In this document: piece after piece, positions 29,143 to 37,812 of the stretch | Layout: every line of letters starts with the position of its first letter | Numbering within the stretch: the first letter of the stretch is position 1 | Origin: Armatimonadia bacterium | GTDB taxonomy: Bacteria > Armatimonadota > Zipacnadia > Zipacnadales > UBA11051 | Assembly (NCBI GenBank): GCA_039683575.1 | Contig: JBDKRC010000243.1 | Location: 21,628 to 85,627, forward strand | DNA length: 64,000 nt | Reading direction: 5' to 3' | Translations under genes and position numbers: made by a program | Notes under the pieces: model-generated | The model's database searches: none | What the model was told of the DNA's origin: nothing | What the model saw: only the letters and a program-made list of their open reading frames with translations

Positions 29143-29721
29143 TCAGTCTTCTGGCATGCAGATCGGGCAGCTCGTGCTGACCGTGGTCACTCTGCAGTGC
29201 GGGCACATCCAGTTCACCATGCGGGGCTTGTCCCTCAGGGAGCCAGCCCAGAAGTCGAAGGTGACCAGATGTGAGCCGCTGGGCGTCGTGATCCAGGCGA
29301 AAACCTTGTTCCAGCCAGGCTCGAAGTCGGCCTGACCGCAGTAGCGCCCGCTCTCGACCCGCTTCAGCTTGACGTCGTGGCTGCCGCCAGGGCCCTTTAC
29401 CATCACGTCAAGGCCGGCCGTATTGTCATAGTTGCCATAGCCCTTCTCCAGGATGAAGGCAAGCTCGGTCAACTGGCCGGCCGGGTACGGCCGCATCCAC
29501 ATCGTGAGAGACCGATTATTGTCGAAGAAGTTGTACATCTTGTGCTCGATGATGTTCTGCCCGTCAGCATAGCCGCGCGGACACTCGACAGCCACAACAG
29601 TCTCAGTGGGCGTGATCCGCACCCGCTCCCCGGCCTTCGCCGGCACCGGGCACTGGCGTTGCGCCAGGGCGACTGAACATACCACGAGCAGCACAACAGC
29701 GAGCAGCACCTTACGTTCCAT
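29143..29721 (-). CDS. secreted protein with YtkA/FixH-like segment and C-terminal CxxC-x8-CxxC motif
   Basis: GAGGAGG RBS; signal peptide ALA-Q; ESGRYCGQADFEPGWNKV; WMCPHC...SCPICM. Confidence 0.7.
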   Translation of the reverse strand: MERKVLLAVVLLVVCSVALAQRQCPVPAKAGERVRITPTETVVAVECPRGYADGQNIIEHKMYNFFDNNRSLTMWMRPYPAGQLTELAFILEKGYGNYDNTAGLDVMVKGPGGSHDVKLKRVESGRYCGQADFEPGWNKVFAWITTPSGSHLVTFDFWAGSLRDKPRMVNWMCPHCRVTTVSTSCPICMPED

Positions 29722-29758
29722 TAACACAGCCTCCTCAACCTTAAGGTTTGACCTAAAC

Positions 29759-29785
29759 GACGTACAGCCGCGACGAGAGGTTCAC
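29759..29785 (-). promoter_or_regulatory. possible ECF-sigma promoter
   Basis: Minus strand TGAACC-N16-CGTC between the terminator and the RBS of 29143-29721. Confidence 0.4.
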
Positions 29786-29800
29786 GTGGTTGCTGACGCG

Positions 29801-29829
29801 AAAGCGGAGCCGGCATTCGCCGGCTCCGC
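29801..29829 (-). terminator. intrinsic terminator of the lipoprotein gene
   Basis: GCGGAGCCGGC-4nt-GCCGGCTCCGC followed by TTT on the minus strand. Confidence 0.65.
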
Positions 29830-29856
29830 AGCAGGAGCAGTCCGAAACGGCCTCTG

Positions 29857-30417
29857 CTACCAGATCTTGAGCTTGAAGGTCGCAGCACTGTAGCCGTACA
29901 CCGCGATCAGATACCGGCCAGTGCCCCCGAAGTCGGACGGGTAGAAGGACCCGATATTCGAGTCTCCGGTGCCGATATCATAGCCCACCCAGACGAGGCT
30001 CTCATCGCCATAGGTGCGCAGCGGGGAGAAGATGTACAGGTCAGGGTCGCCACTGCGGGCGTCCATGGCGACGTCAGTAGGATAGTAGTTGCGAGTCAGG
30101 TTAACCTCGAACCACTGGGCCCGGCCACGGGGGACGGAGCGGGTGCTAGTCCAACTGCCAAACGGGAGCAGTTCGAGCAGTGTGCGGGTGTTGGCCTGGA
30201 CGTCGGGAGCGCCCTCCTGGAGGAACTCAGGCATCGTCTTGCCCAGGACCTGCAGGTCAGCCTGAAGCTGTGCCATTGTCGCCGGGGTTGTGATCCTGTT
30301 GCCGGACTTCTCCGGTTCGGTACTGGAGGAGCCGCCAGAGCCGCCACCACAGCCACTGAGCGCCGCGATCAGGCCTGCCATCGCCACAACAACGATTGTC
30401 CGGGTATACTTCTTCAT
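29857..30417 (-). CDS. lipoprotein with PPC (pre-peptidase C-terminal)-like domain
   Basis: AAAGGAG RBS; lipobox LSG-C followed by GGGSGG; SGDPDLYI and GRYLIAVYGYS patterns. Confidence 0.75.
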   Translation of the reverse strand: MKKYTRTIVVVAMAGLIAALSGCGGGSGGSSSTEPEKSGNRITTPATMAQLQADLQVLGKTMPEFLQEGAPDVQANTRTLLELLPFGSWTSTRSVPRGRAQWFEVNLTRNYYPTDVAMDARSGDPDLYIFSPLRTYGDESLVWVGYDIGTGDSNIGSFYPSDFGGTGRYLIAVYGYSAATFKLKIW

Positions 30418-30592
30418 CGGTACTGCTCCTTTCATCGCGGGGCGTGGCCACCGCGTGTTGCACTATTGCTGGTAGTAATGCAGGAAGCCAGCTACTTCTT
30501 CCCGGTGGCTCGGAAGGAATTCTCAGCCGCGAAGCGAAGCACACGCCTGCGCAGTTCAAGCCACGGCTGCGAGTTGCACTTAGGGAGACTCG

Positions 30593-31558
30593 ATGGACTA
30601 CCGACTTGTTACGCATCGTGAAGTGCCGCGACTGCCTGAGCAGTTGGCCTCGCTCAGCAACCTCGCCTTCGCCGAGTATGAGGGCGCTCCGGAGGTTGAC
30701 GCCGCGTTCTGTGACTGGTATGGCCGCAGGCCGGGAAGCAGCCTCGATGTCTGTGTCGGGGCGCTATATGGCGATACGCTTGTGGCGAATGTGCTGGTGG
30801 CGATCCAGGAGGTCAATGTCGGCGGCGAGTTCATCCCGTGCGGCATTGTGGACACGGTGGCGACCCATCCGGAGCACCGCAAGCATGGCCTTGCCCATCG
30901 CCTGATGGACATGGCCCACGAGATCATGCGCCGGCGCAAGGTCGAGGCCGCGGTGCTGTACACCAACCCGGAGAACCACCCGTACCACTTCTACGGCCGC
31001 CTGGGGTACGTCGCACGCGCGCGGGCAGGGATGCTGACGGGAGAGCGACCAACAGCCCAAGGGGCATACCAGGTGCGGCCGATGGGGGAGGGGGAGGAGG
31101 GGACAGTGCGTGACCTCGTGAATGCCCGCTATAGCCGGTACGAGGGCTTTGCGCGGCTTGATGAGGCGCTGTGGCAGTGGCACCGGGTGGAACGTCCCGC
31201 CTCGATGCCCGCGGAAGTGGTGGTGGCCGAACAGGACGGGCGGATCGTGGGGACGGTGGCACTCGCGGAGGTCGACGTGCTCCTTGCAGGGCAGCGTGAG
31301 CGCGTCACGGTGCTCTCCGACGCGGTCTACCCCGACACGGGCTGTCTGCGCGACATGCTGGCTGCCTCCCGGCAGGCGAAGACAATGGCCCTGCACGGCC
31401 TGCTGAACCCCGAGAAAGACGACCTCGAAGAGCTTGGGTTCGTGACGCAAGTAGGCGAGGTCTCGATGGTCCTGCCCTTCAGCAAGCGGGCACAAGCGCT
31501 TTTGCGCGAGCCCCAGGGGCCGTGGTATGTGATGGTGGAGTCGGTGGTGGGGGTGTGA
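30593..31558 (+). CDS. GNAT family N-acetyltransferase (tandem GNAT, Eis-like)
   Basis: VATHPEHRKHGLA motif A, FYGRLGY motif B; GGGAG RBS. Confidence 0.85.
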   Translation: MDYRLVTHREVPRLPEQLASLSNLAFAEYEGAPEVDAAFCDWYGRRPGSSLDVCVGALYGDTLVANVLVAIQEVNVGGEFIPCGIVDTVATHPEHRKHGLAHRLMDMAHEIMRRRKVEAAVLYTNPENHPYHFYGRLGYVARARAGMLTGERPTAQGAYQVRPMGEGEEGTVRDLVNARYSRYEGFARLDEALWQWHRVERPASMPAEVVVAEQDGRIVGTVALAEVDVLLAGQRERVTVLSDAVYPDTGCLRDMLAASRQAKTMALHGLLNPEKDDLEELGFVTQVGEVSMVLPFSKRAQALLREPQGPWYVMVESVVGV

Positions 31559-31584
31559 GGCACTCGACCTTTGGGCCATATTCC

Positions 31585-31593
31585 TGGTATAAT
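31585..31593 (+). promoter_or_regulatory. extended -10 promoter element
   Basis: TG-G-TATAAT in the intergenic gap, 47 nt upstream of ATG 31640. Confidence 0.6.
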
Positions 31594-31639
31594 GAGTTTC
31601 ACGCCGCTGCAGTGGCGTTGATTATTCGAGGTGAAGTGC

Positions 31640-32560
31640 ATGTCCAAGAGCATCATGATCGTCGGCCCGACTGGCAAAATCGGCAAGCATTTGGTGAAGA
31701 TGCTGGCACAGCAGGGGCACCAGCTATCGGGCGTGGCACGGTTTGGGCGGCCGGGGCAGCAGGAGGAACTGGATGAACTGGGCGTGAAGACCTACAAGGC
31801 GGATGTGGCGCAGTGGGACGCGCTGGAAGGCATTCCCGGTGAGTTCGATATCGTCTTCCACATGGCCGGGCTGAAATTTGGTTCGACTAGCAACCCCTCG
31901 GCCACGGTCAACATGAACGTCTTTTGCACCGGCCGGATCATGGAGCACTTCAAGGACAGCGGCTGCGTGCTGTACTCCTCCAGCGGCAATGTCTATCCCG
32001 ACACCGCTGACGGCTGCAGCGAAGAAGACGCGCCGGGCGCGTCGAGCCTGTATGCCACCACGCGCATGGGCGCCGAGTGGATGGTCGAGTACTTCTCGAT
32101 CCGCAACAACACCCCCGCCGTTAACCAGCGCATCTTCTACGGCTACAACACCGAGTTCGGCGTCCCCACGGACATCGCCCGGCAGATCCGCGACGGAGAG
32201 GAGATCGACCTGACCACCCCGTTCGTCAACGTCATCTGGCTCGACGACCTGATGGAGGTCATGTACCGGTCCTGGGAAGTCGCCTCGGTTCCGGCCAAGT
32301 ACCTCAACCTGACGGGCACAGAGAAGGTCGCCACCCGCGAGATCGCCGAGAAGCTGGCCAAGTTCATGGGCAAGGAGCCCAAATTCAAGGGCACTCCCAA
32401 CAAGGTGGCTCTCCTGGGCAAGACCGACGAGATGGTCCGCCTGTGGGGAGAGCCCAAGGTGTCGCTGGACGAGGGGCTGCAGCGCGTGGCCGAGTCCGTC
32501 ATGGCCCGCGAGCACCCCATCGATCATCCCACAATGTGGGAAGTCCGGACAGGGTTCTGA
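31640..32560 (+). CDS. NAD-dependent epimerase/dehydratase family protein
   Basis: VGPTGKIG, HMAGLKFG, SSGNVY, YATTR (YxxxR variant); GAGGTG RBS. Confidence 0.88.
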   Translation: MSKSIMIVGPTGKIGKHLVKMLAQQGHQLSGVARFGRPGQQEELDELGVKTYKADVAQWDALEGIPGEFDIVFHMAGLKFGSTSNPSATVNMNVFCTGRIMEHFKDSGCVLYSSSGNVYPDTADGCSEEDAPGASSLYATTRMGAEWMVEYFSIRNNTPAVNQRIFYGYNTEFGVPTDIARQIRDGEEIDLTTPFVNVIWLDDLMEVMYRSWEVASVPAKYLNLTGTEKVATREIAEKLAKFMGKEPKFKGTPNKVALLGKTDEMVRLWGEPKVSLDEGLQRVAESVMAREHPIDHPTMWEVRTGF

Positions 32561-32578
32561 GTCTGATCTGACGAAATC

Positions 32579-32609
32579 CAACGGCGGTGACTGCGGTCAC
32601 CGCCGTTTT
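32579..32609 (+). terminator. intrinsic terminator
   Basis: AACGGCGGTGAC-TGCG-GTCACCGCCGTT then TT. Confidence 0.7.
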
Positions 32610-32633
32610 GGCATTCCGGGCCAGGAGACAGAG

Positions 32634-33866
32634 ATGAAACACCTCGTCGGTCTCGCGCTTTTCGGAATACTGTCGAGCGTCGCTCTGGCCGCTGAACCTC
32701 CGCTCCGCCACTCCCAGGAATGGGTGCGCGAGCGTCTCGGCCAGATGTACGCGATGGATGAGGCATACCTCTACAACGACGTCCTCGGTGGCCGCGCCAT
32801 CCACCAGAACAGCATGAGCAAGCCCGAGCCCACCGAGCCGTGGGAGGGCAATTTCCACACCCAACAGCAGTCCTACTACGCGCTGGTGAAGATGGACCTG
32901 TACCGCATGGGCGGACGGAAGGAGCCTCGCTACCTCCAGGAAGCCCACGACCTCCTGGCATGGGTGGTCAGGAATGGCTATGACCCCCAGGGGCCGGGGT
33001 TCTACCTCAAGTACTCCACCAAGACGGGCGAGTGGGAGAAGGGCTTCTACCCCGAGTTCAGCATGATCAACGTGGCGGGGCTGCTGTGCTATTGCCACGA
33101 AATGGGCCGGCTAAAGCTCGGCCCCTCCGAAGAGCTTACGGCCTGGCAGGGGATCGCTAAGAAGGTCCTGGCTCGCATTGCAGCGACCGACAGCTTCGTC
33201 CCAGGTCGCCCTAAGGGCCTCTACGGCAGCGGGTACATCGCGCTGAAGCTGCTGGATTGCTATGACTGCACGGGGGAAGAGCGGTTTCTGAAGCTGGCGC
33301 GGCAGGTTGTAGACCTGGCTGACGAGGCCCTCTGGGACAAGGAATACGGCGGGTGGTTCATTGACGGCATCGCGGGCGGCCCGCTTCCGAAGCACACGAC
33401 CAAGTTCACCCATATCAACGCCAACATGATCCAGGCGTGCCTGCGACTGTATCTGGCGGGACAGGGCGAGCAGTACAAGACGCGCGCGGTCGAGGTGCTG
33501 GAGTTCCTGAACAAGTACAGCCGCTCACCCGACGGCGGATGGTACCGGCACAACACCCGCGACGGCTCCGATCCGACGAAGCCTCCCGGCATCGGCGATG
33601 GCGGCACAACCGATCCGGGCACTCCATGCGTCTATGACCGCATGGCGCAGATGATAGTGGCCTGCTGCCTGGCATGGCGCGCGACTGGGGACGGTAAGTA
33701 TCTGCGGTGGGTGGATGAGACGCTCGACAAGATGGAAAAGACTCACCTGACCAAGTACCCGATCGGCGTCAACTACGGCTACACGGGCGCGAATGACTAC
33801 CAGAATACGTGGTGCCACCTGTGGGGGCTGAAGGCCCTCATCGAGATGGCCCGGCTGTGGGAGTAG
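32634..33866 (+). CDS. secreted (alpha/alpha)6-barrel protein (AGE epimerase/GH76-like)
   Basis: AGGAG RBS, signal peptide ALA-A, LWDKEYGGWF and repeated TG.xxYL helical motifs. Confidence 0.7.
   Translation: MKHLVGLALFGILSSVALAAEPPLRHSQEWVRERLGQMYAMDEAYLYNDVLGGRAIHQNSMSKPEPTEPWEGNFHTQQQSYYALVKMDLYRMGGRKEPRYLQEAHDLLAWVVRNGYDPQGPGFYLKYSTKTGEWEKGFYPEFSMINVAGLLCYCHEMGRLKLGPSEELTAWQGIAKKVLARIAATDSFVPGRPKGLYGSGYIALKLLDCYDCTGEERFLKLARQVVDLADEALWDKEYGGWFIDGIAGGPLPKHTTKFTHINANMIQACLRLYLAGQGEQYKTRAVEVLEFLNKYSRSPDGGWYRHNTRDGSDPTKPPGIGDGGTTDPGTPCVYDRMAQMIVACCLAWRATGDGKYLRWVDETLDKMEKTHLTKYPIGVNYGYTGANDYQNTWCHLWGLKALIEMARLWE
33104..33133. repeat. GGAG-type REP-like palindrome inside CDS
   Basis: GGGCCGGCTAAAGCTCGGCCCCTCCGAAGA, 29/30 identical to intergenic 57124-57153; read as GRLKLGPSE. 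Confidence 0.85.
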
Positions 33867-33875
33867 GTGTGGAAG

Positions 33876-34556
33876 ATGGCAGAGTCCAAAGCGAAGCGGA
33901 AGCAACGGGCGCTGGAGATCGTGAAGCTGCTGGCAAAGGAGTACCCTGACGCGGAATGCGCGCTGCATCACCGCTCGGCCTTTGAGCTTCTGATTGCCAC
34001 AATTCTGTCCGCGCAGACCACCGACGAGAAGGTCAACGAGGTCACAGACGACCTCTTCAAGACCCACAACCGCCCCGAGCACTTCGCCACCGAGGACCCG
34101 GCGAAGCTGGAGCAAATCCTGCGCCCCACCGGGTTCTTCCGCAACAAGACCAAGTCGGTGATCGGCGCGTCGAAGATGCTCCTGGAGGACTTCGGCGGCG
34201 AGGTGCCGCGCACGATGGAGGAGCTGATCCGCCTCCCGGGCGTCTCCCGCAAGACCGCCAGCGTGGTCCTCGGCGTCTCTTTCGGTATCGCCGAGGGAGT
34301 GGTGGTGGACACTCACGTGGCCCGTATCGCGGTACGGCTGGGCCTGACGCCGGTACAGACGACCAAAACGGTTAGCGCCGAGAAGATAGAGAAGGACCTG
34401 ATGGAGCTTCTGCCGCGCGAGGAGTGGATCAGCTTCTCCCACCGGATAATCTGGCACGGCCGCCGCGTCTGCACCGCCCGCAAGCCTCTGCACGACCAGT
34501 GCGTACTGGAGCCGCTATGCCCGAAGATCGGCACGCCCGAGCAACGACGGCTCTGA
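33876..34556 (+). CDS. nth: endonuclease III
   Basis: FELLIATILSAQTTD, TGFFRNK, HhH LPGVSRKTA, VDTHV, HGRRVC..C..C cluster loop. Confidence 0.95.
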   Translation: MAESKAKRKQRALEIVKLLAKEYPDAECALHHRSAFELLIATILSAQTTDEKVNEVTDDLFKTHNRPEHFATEDPAKLEQILRPTGFFRNKTKSVIGASKMLLEDFGGEVPRTMEELIRLPGVSRKTASVVLGVSFGIAEGVVVDTHVARIAVRLGLTPVQTTKTVSAEKIEKDLMELLPREEWISFSHRIIWHGRRVCTARKPLHDQCVLEPLCPKIGTPEQRRL

Positions 34557-34577
34557 CGAGAGCTGAAGCTGCTGGGT

Positions 34578-34664
34578 CAAAATGGGGACGGAGCCTTCAC
34601 GACGGTGTTTCGTTGGTGGAACCCATGACACGTGCATCGGCGTGAAGGCTCCGTCCCCATTTTG
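34578..34664. repeat. MITE/REPIN-like inverted repeat between convergent genes
   Basis: Perfect 24-bp arms CAAAATGGGGACGGAGCCTTCACG (34578-34601) and its reverse complement (34641-34664). Confidence 0.85.
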
Positions 34665-34692
34665 GTCAACGGGCATCGGCCCCCATCTCAAG

Positions 34693-35697
34693 CTATAACG
34701 TCACCCGCCGCCCCTTCTTGTTGCTCTCAATAACCCCAAACACCATCGCCAGTGACTTGAGGTTGTCATGGCACTCGCCTTGCGGCAGCTTGCCCGTCCG
34801 CAGATACTCAAGCATCTCCTTCAGCGCTCCATGCTGCCCTGGCGCGGGCACATCCGTATCCGCAATGATCGCCTCTCGCAGCGGGAAGTTGAACCCCTCC
34901 TGCCCGACGACCACCTGCCCGTGTGGCTCGGCGTCCTGCTCATACAGGATCGTCCCTCTGTCGCCGATGATCCGCCAGTTGCCGCCCCACGCCGTGTGGC
35001 AGCCCTCCGAGCACCAGCTTCCCCGGTAGCTGAAGATGATGTCATCGGTCATCTCAAAGATGCAACTCGCCGACACGTCGCCCTTGTACCACGAGCCGTA
35101 GGGGTTGAATTCCCTGGCATAGACCGCTACCGGGTCGAACCCCACAAACATCCGCGCCATGTCGAAGTGGTGGATGGACATGTCGAGGATCAGCGGGCTG
35201 TCCATCTGGTCGCGGAAGCCGCCGAAGTGCGCCGCCAGGTAGAAGTCGCAGTTGACCGTCGTGACGCGCCCGATCTCGCCGGAGGCGATGGTGGCCCGCA
35301 GCCGCTCGTGCCGCCCATCATACCGCCGCGACTGGCTGACCATGTACAGCTTGCCGGTCTCCTCCGAAGTCTTCACCATCCGGCGTGCCTCGGTCATGCT
35401 CGCGGCCATGGGCTTCTCGCCGATGACATGGCATCCCGCGCGCAGGGCCGTGCATGTGACCGCACAGTGCGTCGCCGGCAGGGTCAGGTCCACCACGAAG
35501 TCCGGTCGCGTCTGCTTCAGGGTCTTCTTAAGGTCAGTGCTGGCCGGACAGTCGAGTTCGAACTCCGCGATGCGTTTCTCGGCGGCCTCAAGCCGCAGGT
35601 CCACGACCGCGGCGATCTCCACCGCCTCCTTCTTCAAAGGCGGAAACCAAGCCCCGGAAATTCCCCCTGCGCCAACAACAACGCAACGTTCAGCCAT
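34693..35697 (-). CDS. Gfo/Idh/MocA family oxidoreductase
   Basis: VVGAGGI, HVIGEKPMA, LDMSIHHFD; AAGGAG RBS before ATG 35697. Confidence 0.92.
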   Translation of the reverse strand: MAERCVVVGAGGISGAWFPPLKKEAVEIAAVVDLRLEAAEKRIAEFELDCPASTDLKKTLKQTRPDFVVDLTLPATHCAVTCTALRAGCHVIGEKPMAASMTEARRMVKTSEETGKLYMVSQSRRYDGRHERLRATIASGEIGRVTTVNCDFYLAAHFGGFRDQMDSPLILDMSIHHFDMARMFVGFDPVAVYAREFNPYGSWYKGDVSASCIFEMTDDIIFSYRGSWCSEGCHTAWGGNWRIIGDRGTILYEQDAEPHGQVVVGQEGFNFPLREAIIADTDVPAPGQHGALKEMLEYLRTGKLPQGECHDNLKSLAMVFGVIESNKKGRRVTL

Positions 35698-35765
35698 GGT
35701 GCGCTCCTTCTGCGAAATGAGGAGACAGCTTCCCTGCGTGTCCCTGGCCTTCCTCCACTCCCCGC

Positions 35766-35792
35766 TGTCATGCTGAACGAAGTGAAGCATCT
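35766..35792 (+). repeat. TGTCAyyCTGAnCGAAGnGAAG-type intergenic repeat
   Basis: TGTCATGCTGAACGAAGTGAAGCATCT; related copy TGTCACTCTGAGCGAAGCGAAGAGTCT at 54392-54418. Confidence 0.6.
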
Positions 35793-35867
35793 TCTTACGG
35801 TGCCTGAACCCCTTCATTTCGACACCGTCGACTCCTGATAGCACAACCGAGCAAGGAGGCACTCAAC

Positions 35868-36614
35868 ATGCCACGAGTGGTTCACTTTGAGATACCGACG
35901 GAGAATCCGGAGAAGACCGTTGCCTTCTATGAGAAGGCCTTCGGCTGGCAGATCAAGAAGTGGGAAGGCCCGCAGGACTACTGGCTGGTCTGCACCGGCA
36001 GTGGTGACGAGATGGGCATCAATGGCGCGATCATGCGCAAGACCGACGCCTATGGCGTGCGCAACACCATTGGAGTCGAAGACCTCGATGAGGCCCTGCG
36101 CAAGGTGGAAGAGGGTGGCGGGAAGATCATCCTGCCCGCGAGCCCCATCGAAGGCGTCGGCGACTGGGCTCTGTGCGAGGACCCTGACGGCAACTTCTTC
36201 GGGCTCATCAAGCCCCATGACTGCGGCGGCAGGGCCTGCGGTCGTGAGGGCAAAACACCTCGGGTAGTCCATTTCGAGATACCATCGGCCAACCCCGAGC
36301 AAGCTGCTGACTTCTACCGGAAGGCCTTCGGTTGGGAGATCACCAAGTGGGAAGGCCAGATGGAGTACTGGCTGGTGCGTACCGGCCCGAAAGAAGAGAT
36401 GGGGATTGATGGGGGCATCATGCGCAAGTCAGACAACTACGGCGTGCGCAATACCATCGCCGTGGATGACATAGATGAGGCCCTGCGCAAGGTTGAGCAG
36501 GCCGGCGGCAAGATCGTGATGCCGCGCAGCACAGTGGAGGGCGTCGGCGAACTGTCCCTCTGCGAGGACCCCGACGGTAACGCCCTCGGCATCATCCAGC
36601 CACTGCCAATGTAG
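35868..36614 (+). CDS. VOC (glyoxalase/bleomycin-resistance) family protein, tandem duplicated
   Basis: Two ~120 aa units, each PRVVHFEIP...FY.KAFGW...EDPDGN; AAGGAGG RBS. Confidence 0.9.
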   Translation: MPRVVHFEIPTENPEKTVAFYEKAFGWQIKKWEGPQDYWLVCTGSGDEMGINGAIMRKTDAYGVRNTIGVEDLDEALRKVEEGGGKIILPASPIEGVGDWALCEDPDGNFFGLIKPHDCGGRACGREGKTPRVVHFEIPSANPEQAADFYRKAFGWEITKWEGQMEYWLVRTGPKEEMGIDGGIMRKSDNYGVRNTIAVDDIDEALRKVEQAGGKIVMPRSTVEGVGELSLCEDPDGNALGIIQPLPM

Positions 36615-36679
36615 GCAGCGGAAGGCTTTCGCGGCCTGACTGTGGAACAACCCCCTATCACCCTGAAGGGGGTTGTTCC

Positions 36680-37759
36680 ATGGATAAGGTCGGCGTCGGC
36701 TTCATTGGCTCAGGCTTCATCGCGGAGATCCACGCGGAGGCCTTCCGCTCCGTCCCACAGGCGCAAGTAGTTGCCGTAGCCTCGCCCCAAAATGCCGCCA
36801 CCTTTGCGGCGAAACACTCCATCCCCAAACACTTCGCAGACTATCGCGACCTCCTCGCCCTCCCCGAGGTGGACGTGGTCCTGCTCGGCCTGCCCAACGT
36901 CCTGCACGCCCAGGCCTGCTGCGACGCGGCAGCGGCCGGGAAGCACGTGATCTGCGAAAAGCCCCTGTGTGCCAGCCTGCAGGAGGCCGATCAGATGATC
37001 GCCGCCTGTCAAAAGGCAGGCGTGCACCTCATGTACGCCGAGGAACTCTGCTTCACCCCCAAGTACGTCCGCGCCAAGCAGGTCTGCGACGAGGGCGCGC
37101 TGGGTGACCTCTACATGATCAAGCAGTGCGAGAAGCACGACGGCCCGCACATGCCGTGGTTCTGGGATGTGGAGAAGTCCGGCGGCGGCGTCACCCTCGA
37201 CATGGGCTGCCACGCCTTCGAGTACTTCCGCTGGATGCTCGGCAAGCAGAAGGCCGTGAGCGTCTACGCCGACATGGGCACCTTCGTCCACAAGGACAAG
37301 ACCCGTGGTGACGACAACTCGATCATCATCGTCGAGTTCGAAAACGGCTGCCGTGGCGTCGCCGAGGAGAGTTGGGCGAAGCCGGGCGGTATGGACGACA
37401 TCATCGAGCTATACGGTTCGGAGGGCGTGATCAAGTGCGACCTCCTCCGCGGCAGCGCCTTCGAGACCTACAGCAAGAAGGGCTACGGCTACGCAGTAGA
37501 AAAGGCCGGCAGCACGCAGGGCTGGAGTTTCACGATGTACGAGGAGATCTGGAACTACGGCTTCGTACACGAGGATCAGCACTTCATCAACTGCGTCCTC
37601 GGCCTGGAACAGCCGCTGGAGACGGGCGAGGACGGCAAAGCAGTGCTGGAGATCATCTTCGCAGCCTACGAAAGTGCAGGGACGGGGCGGAAGGTGGCGC
37701 TGCCGTTCATGCCACCAGAGGGCAAGCGGCCGATTGAGTTGTGGCTGGAGCGTGACTGA
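36680..37759 (+). CDS. Gfo/Idh/MocA family oxidoreductase
   Basis: GFIGSGFI, KHVICEKPL, SGGGVTLDMGCH. Confidence 0.93.
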   Translation: MDKVGVGFIGSGFIAEIHAEAFRSVPQAQVVAVASPQNAATFAAKHSIPKHFADYRDLLALPEVDVVLLGLPNVLHAQACCDAAAAGKHVICEKPLCASLQEADQMIAACQKAGVHLMYAEELCFTPKYVRAKQVCDEGALGDLYMIKQCEKHDGPHMPWFWDVEKSGGGVTLDMGCHAFEYFRWMLGKQKAVSVYADMGTFVHKDKTRGDDNSIIIVEFENGCRGVAEESWAKPGGMDDIIELYGSEGVIKCDLLRGSAFETYSKKGYGYAVEKAGSTQGWSFTMYEEIWNYGFVHEDQHFINCVLGLEQPLETGEDGKAVLEIIFAAYESAGTGRKVALPFMPPEGKRPIELWLERD

Positions 37760-37812
37760 CGGAGAGTACGGTTCCGGCGTGTGCCAACACTGCTTCGAGG
37801 GGAAGTGCGACG

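Noticed and set aside
28316-29335. 339-aa plus-strand ORF rich in HL/PQ
   Set aside because: Antisense to the two Cys-rich genes, which have strong RBSs, signal peptides and a terminator
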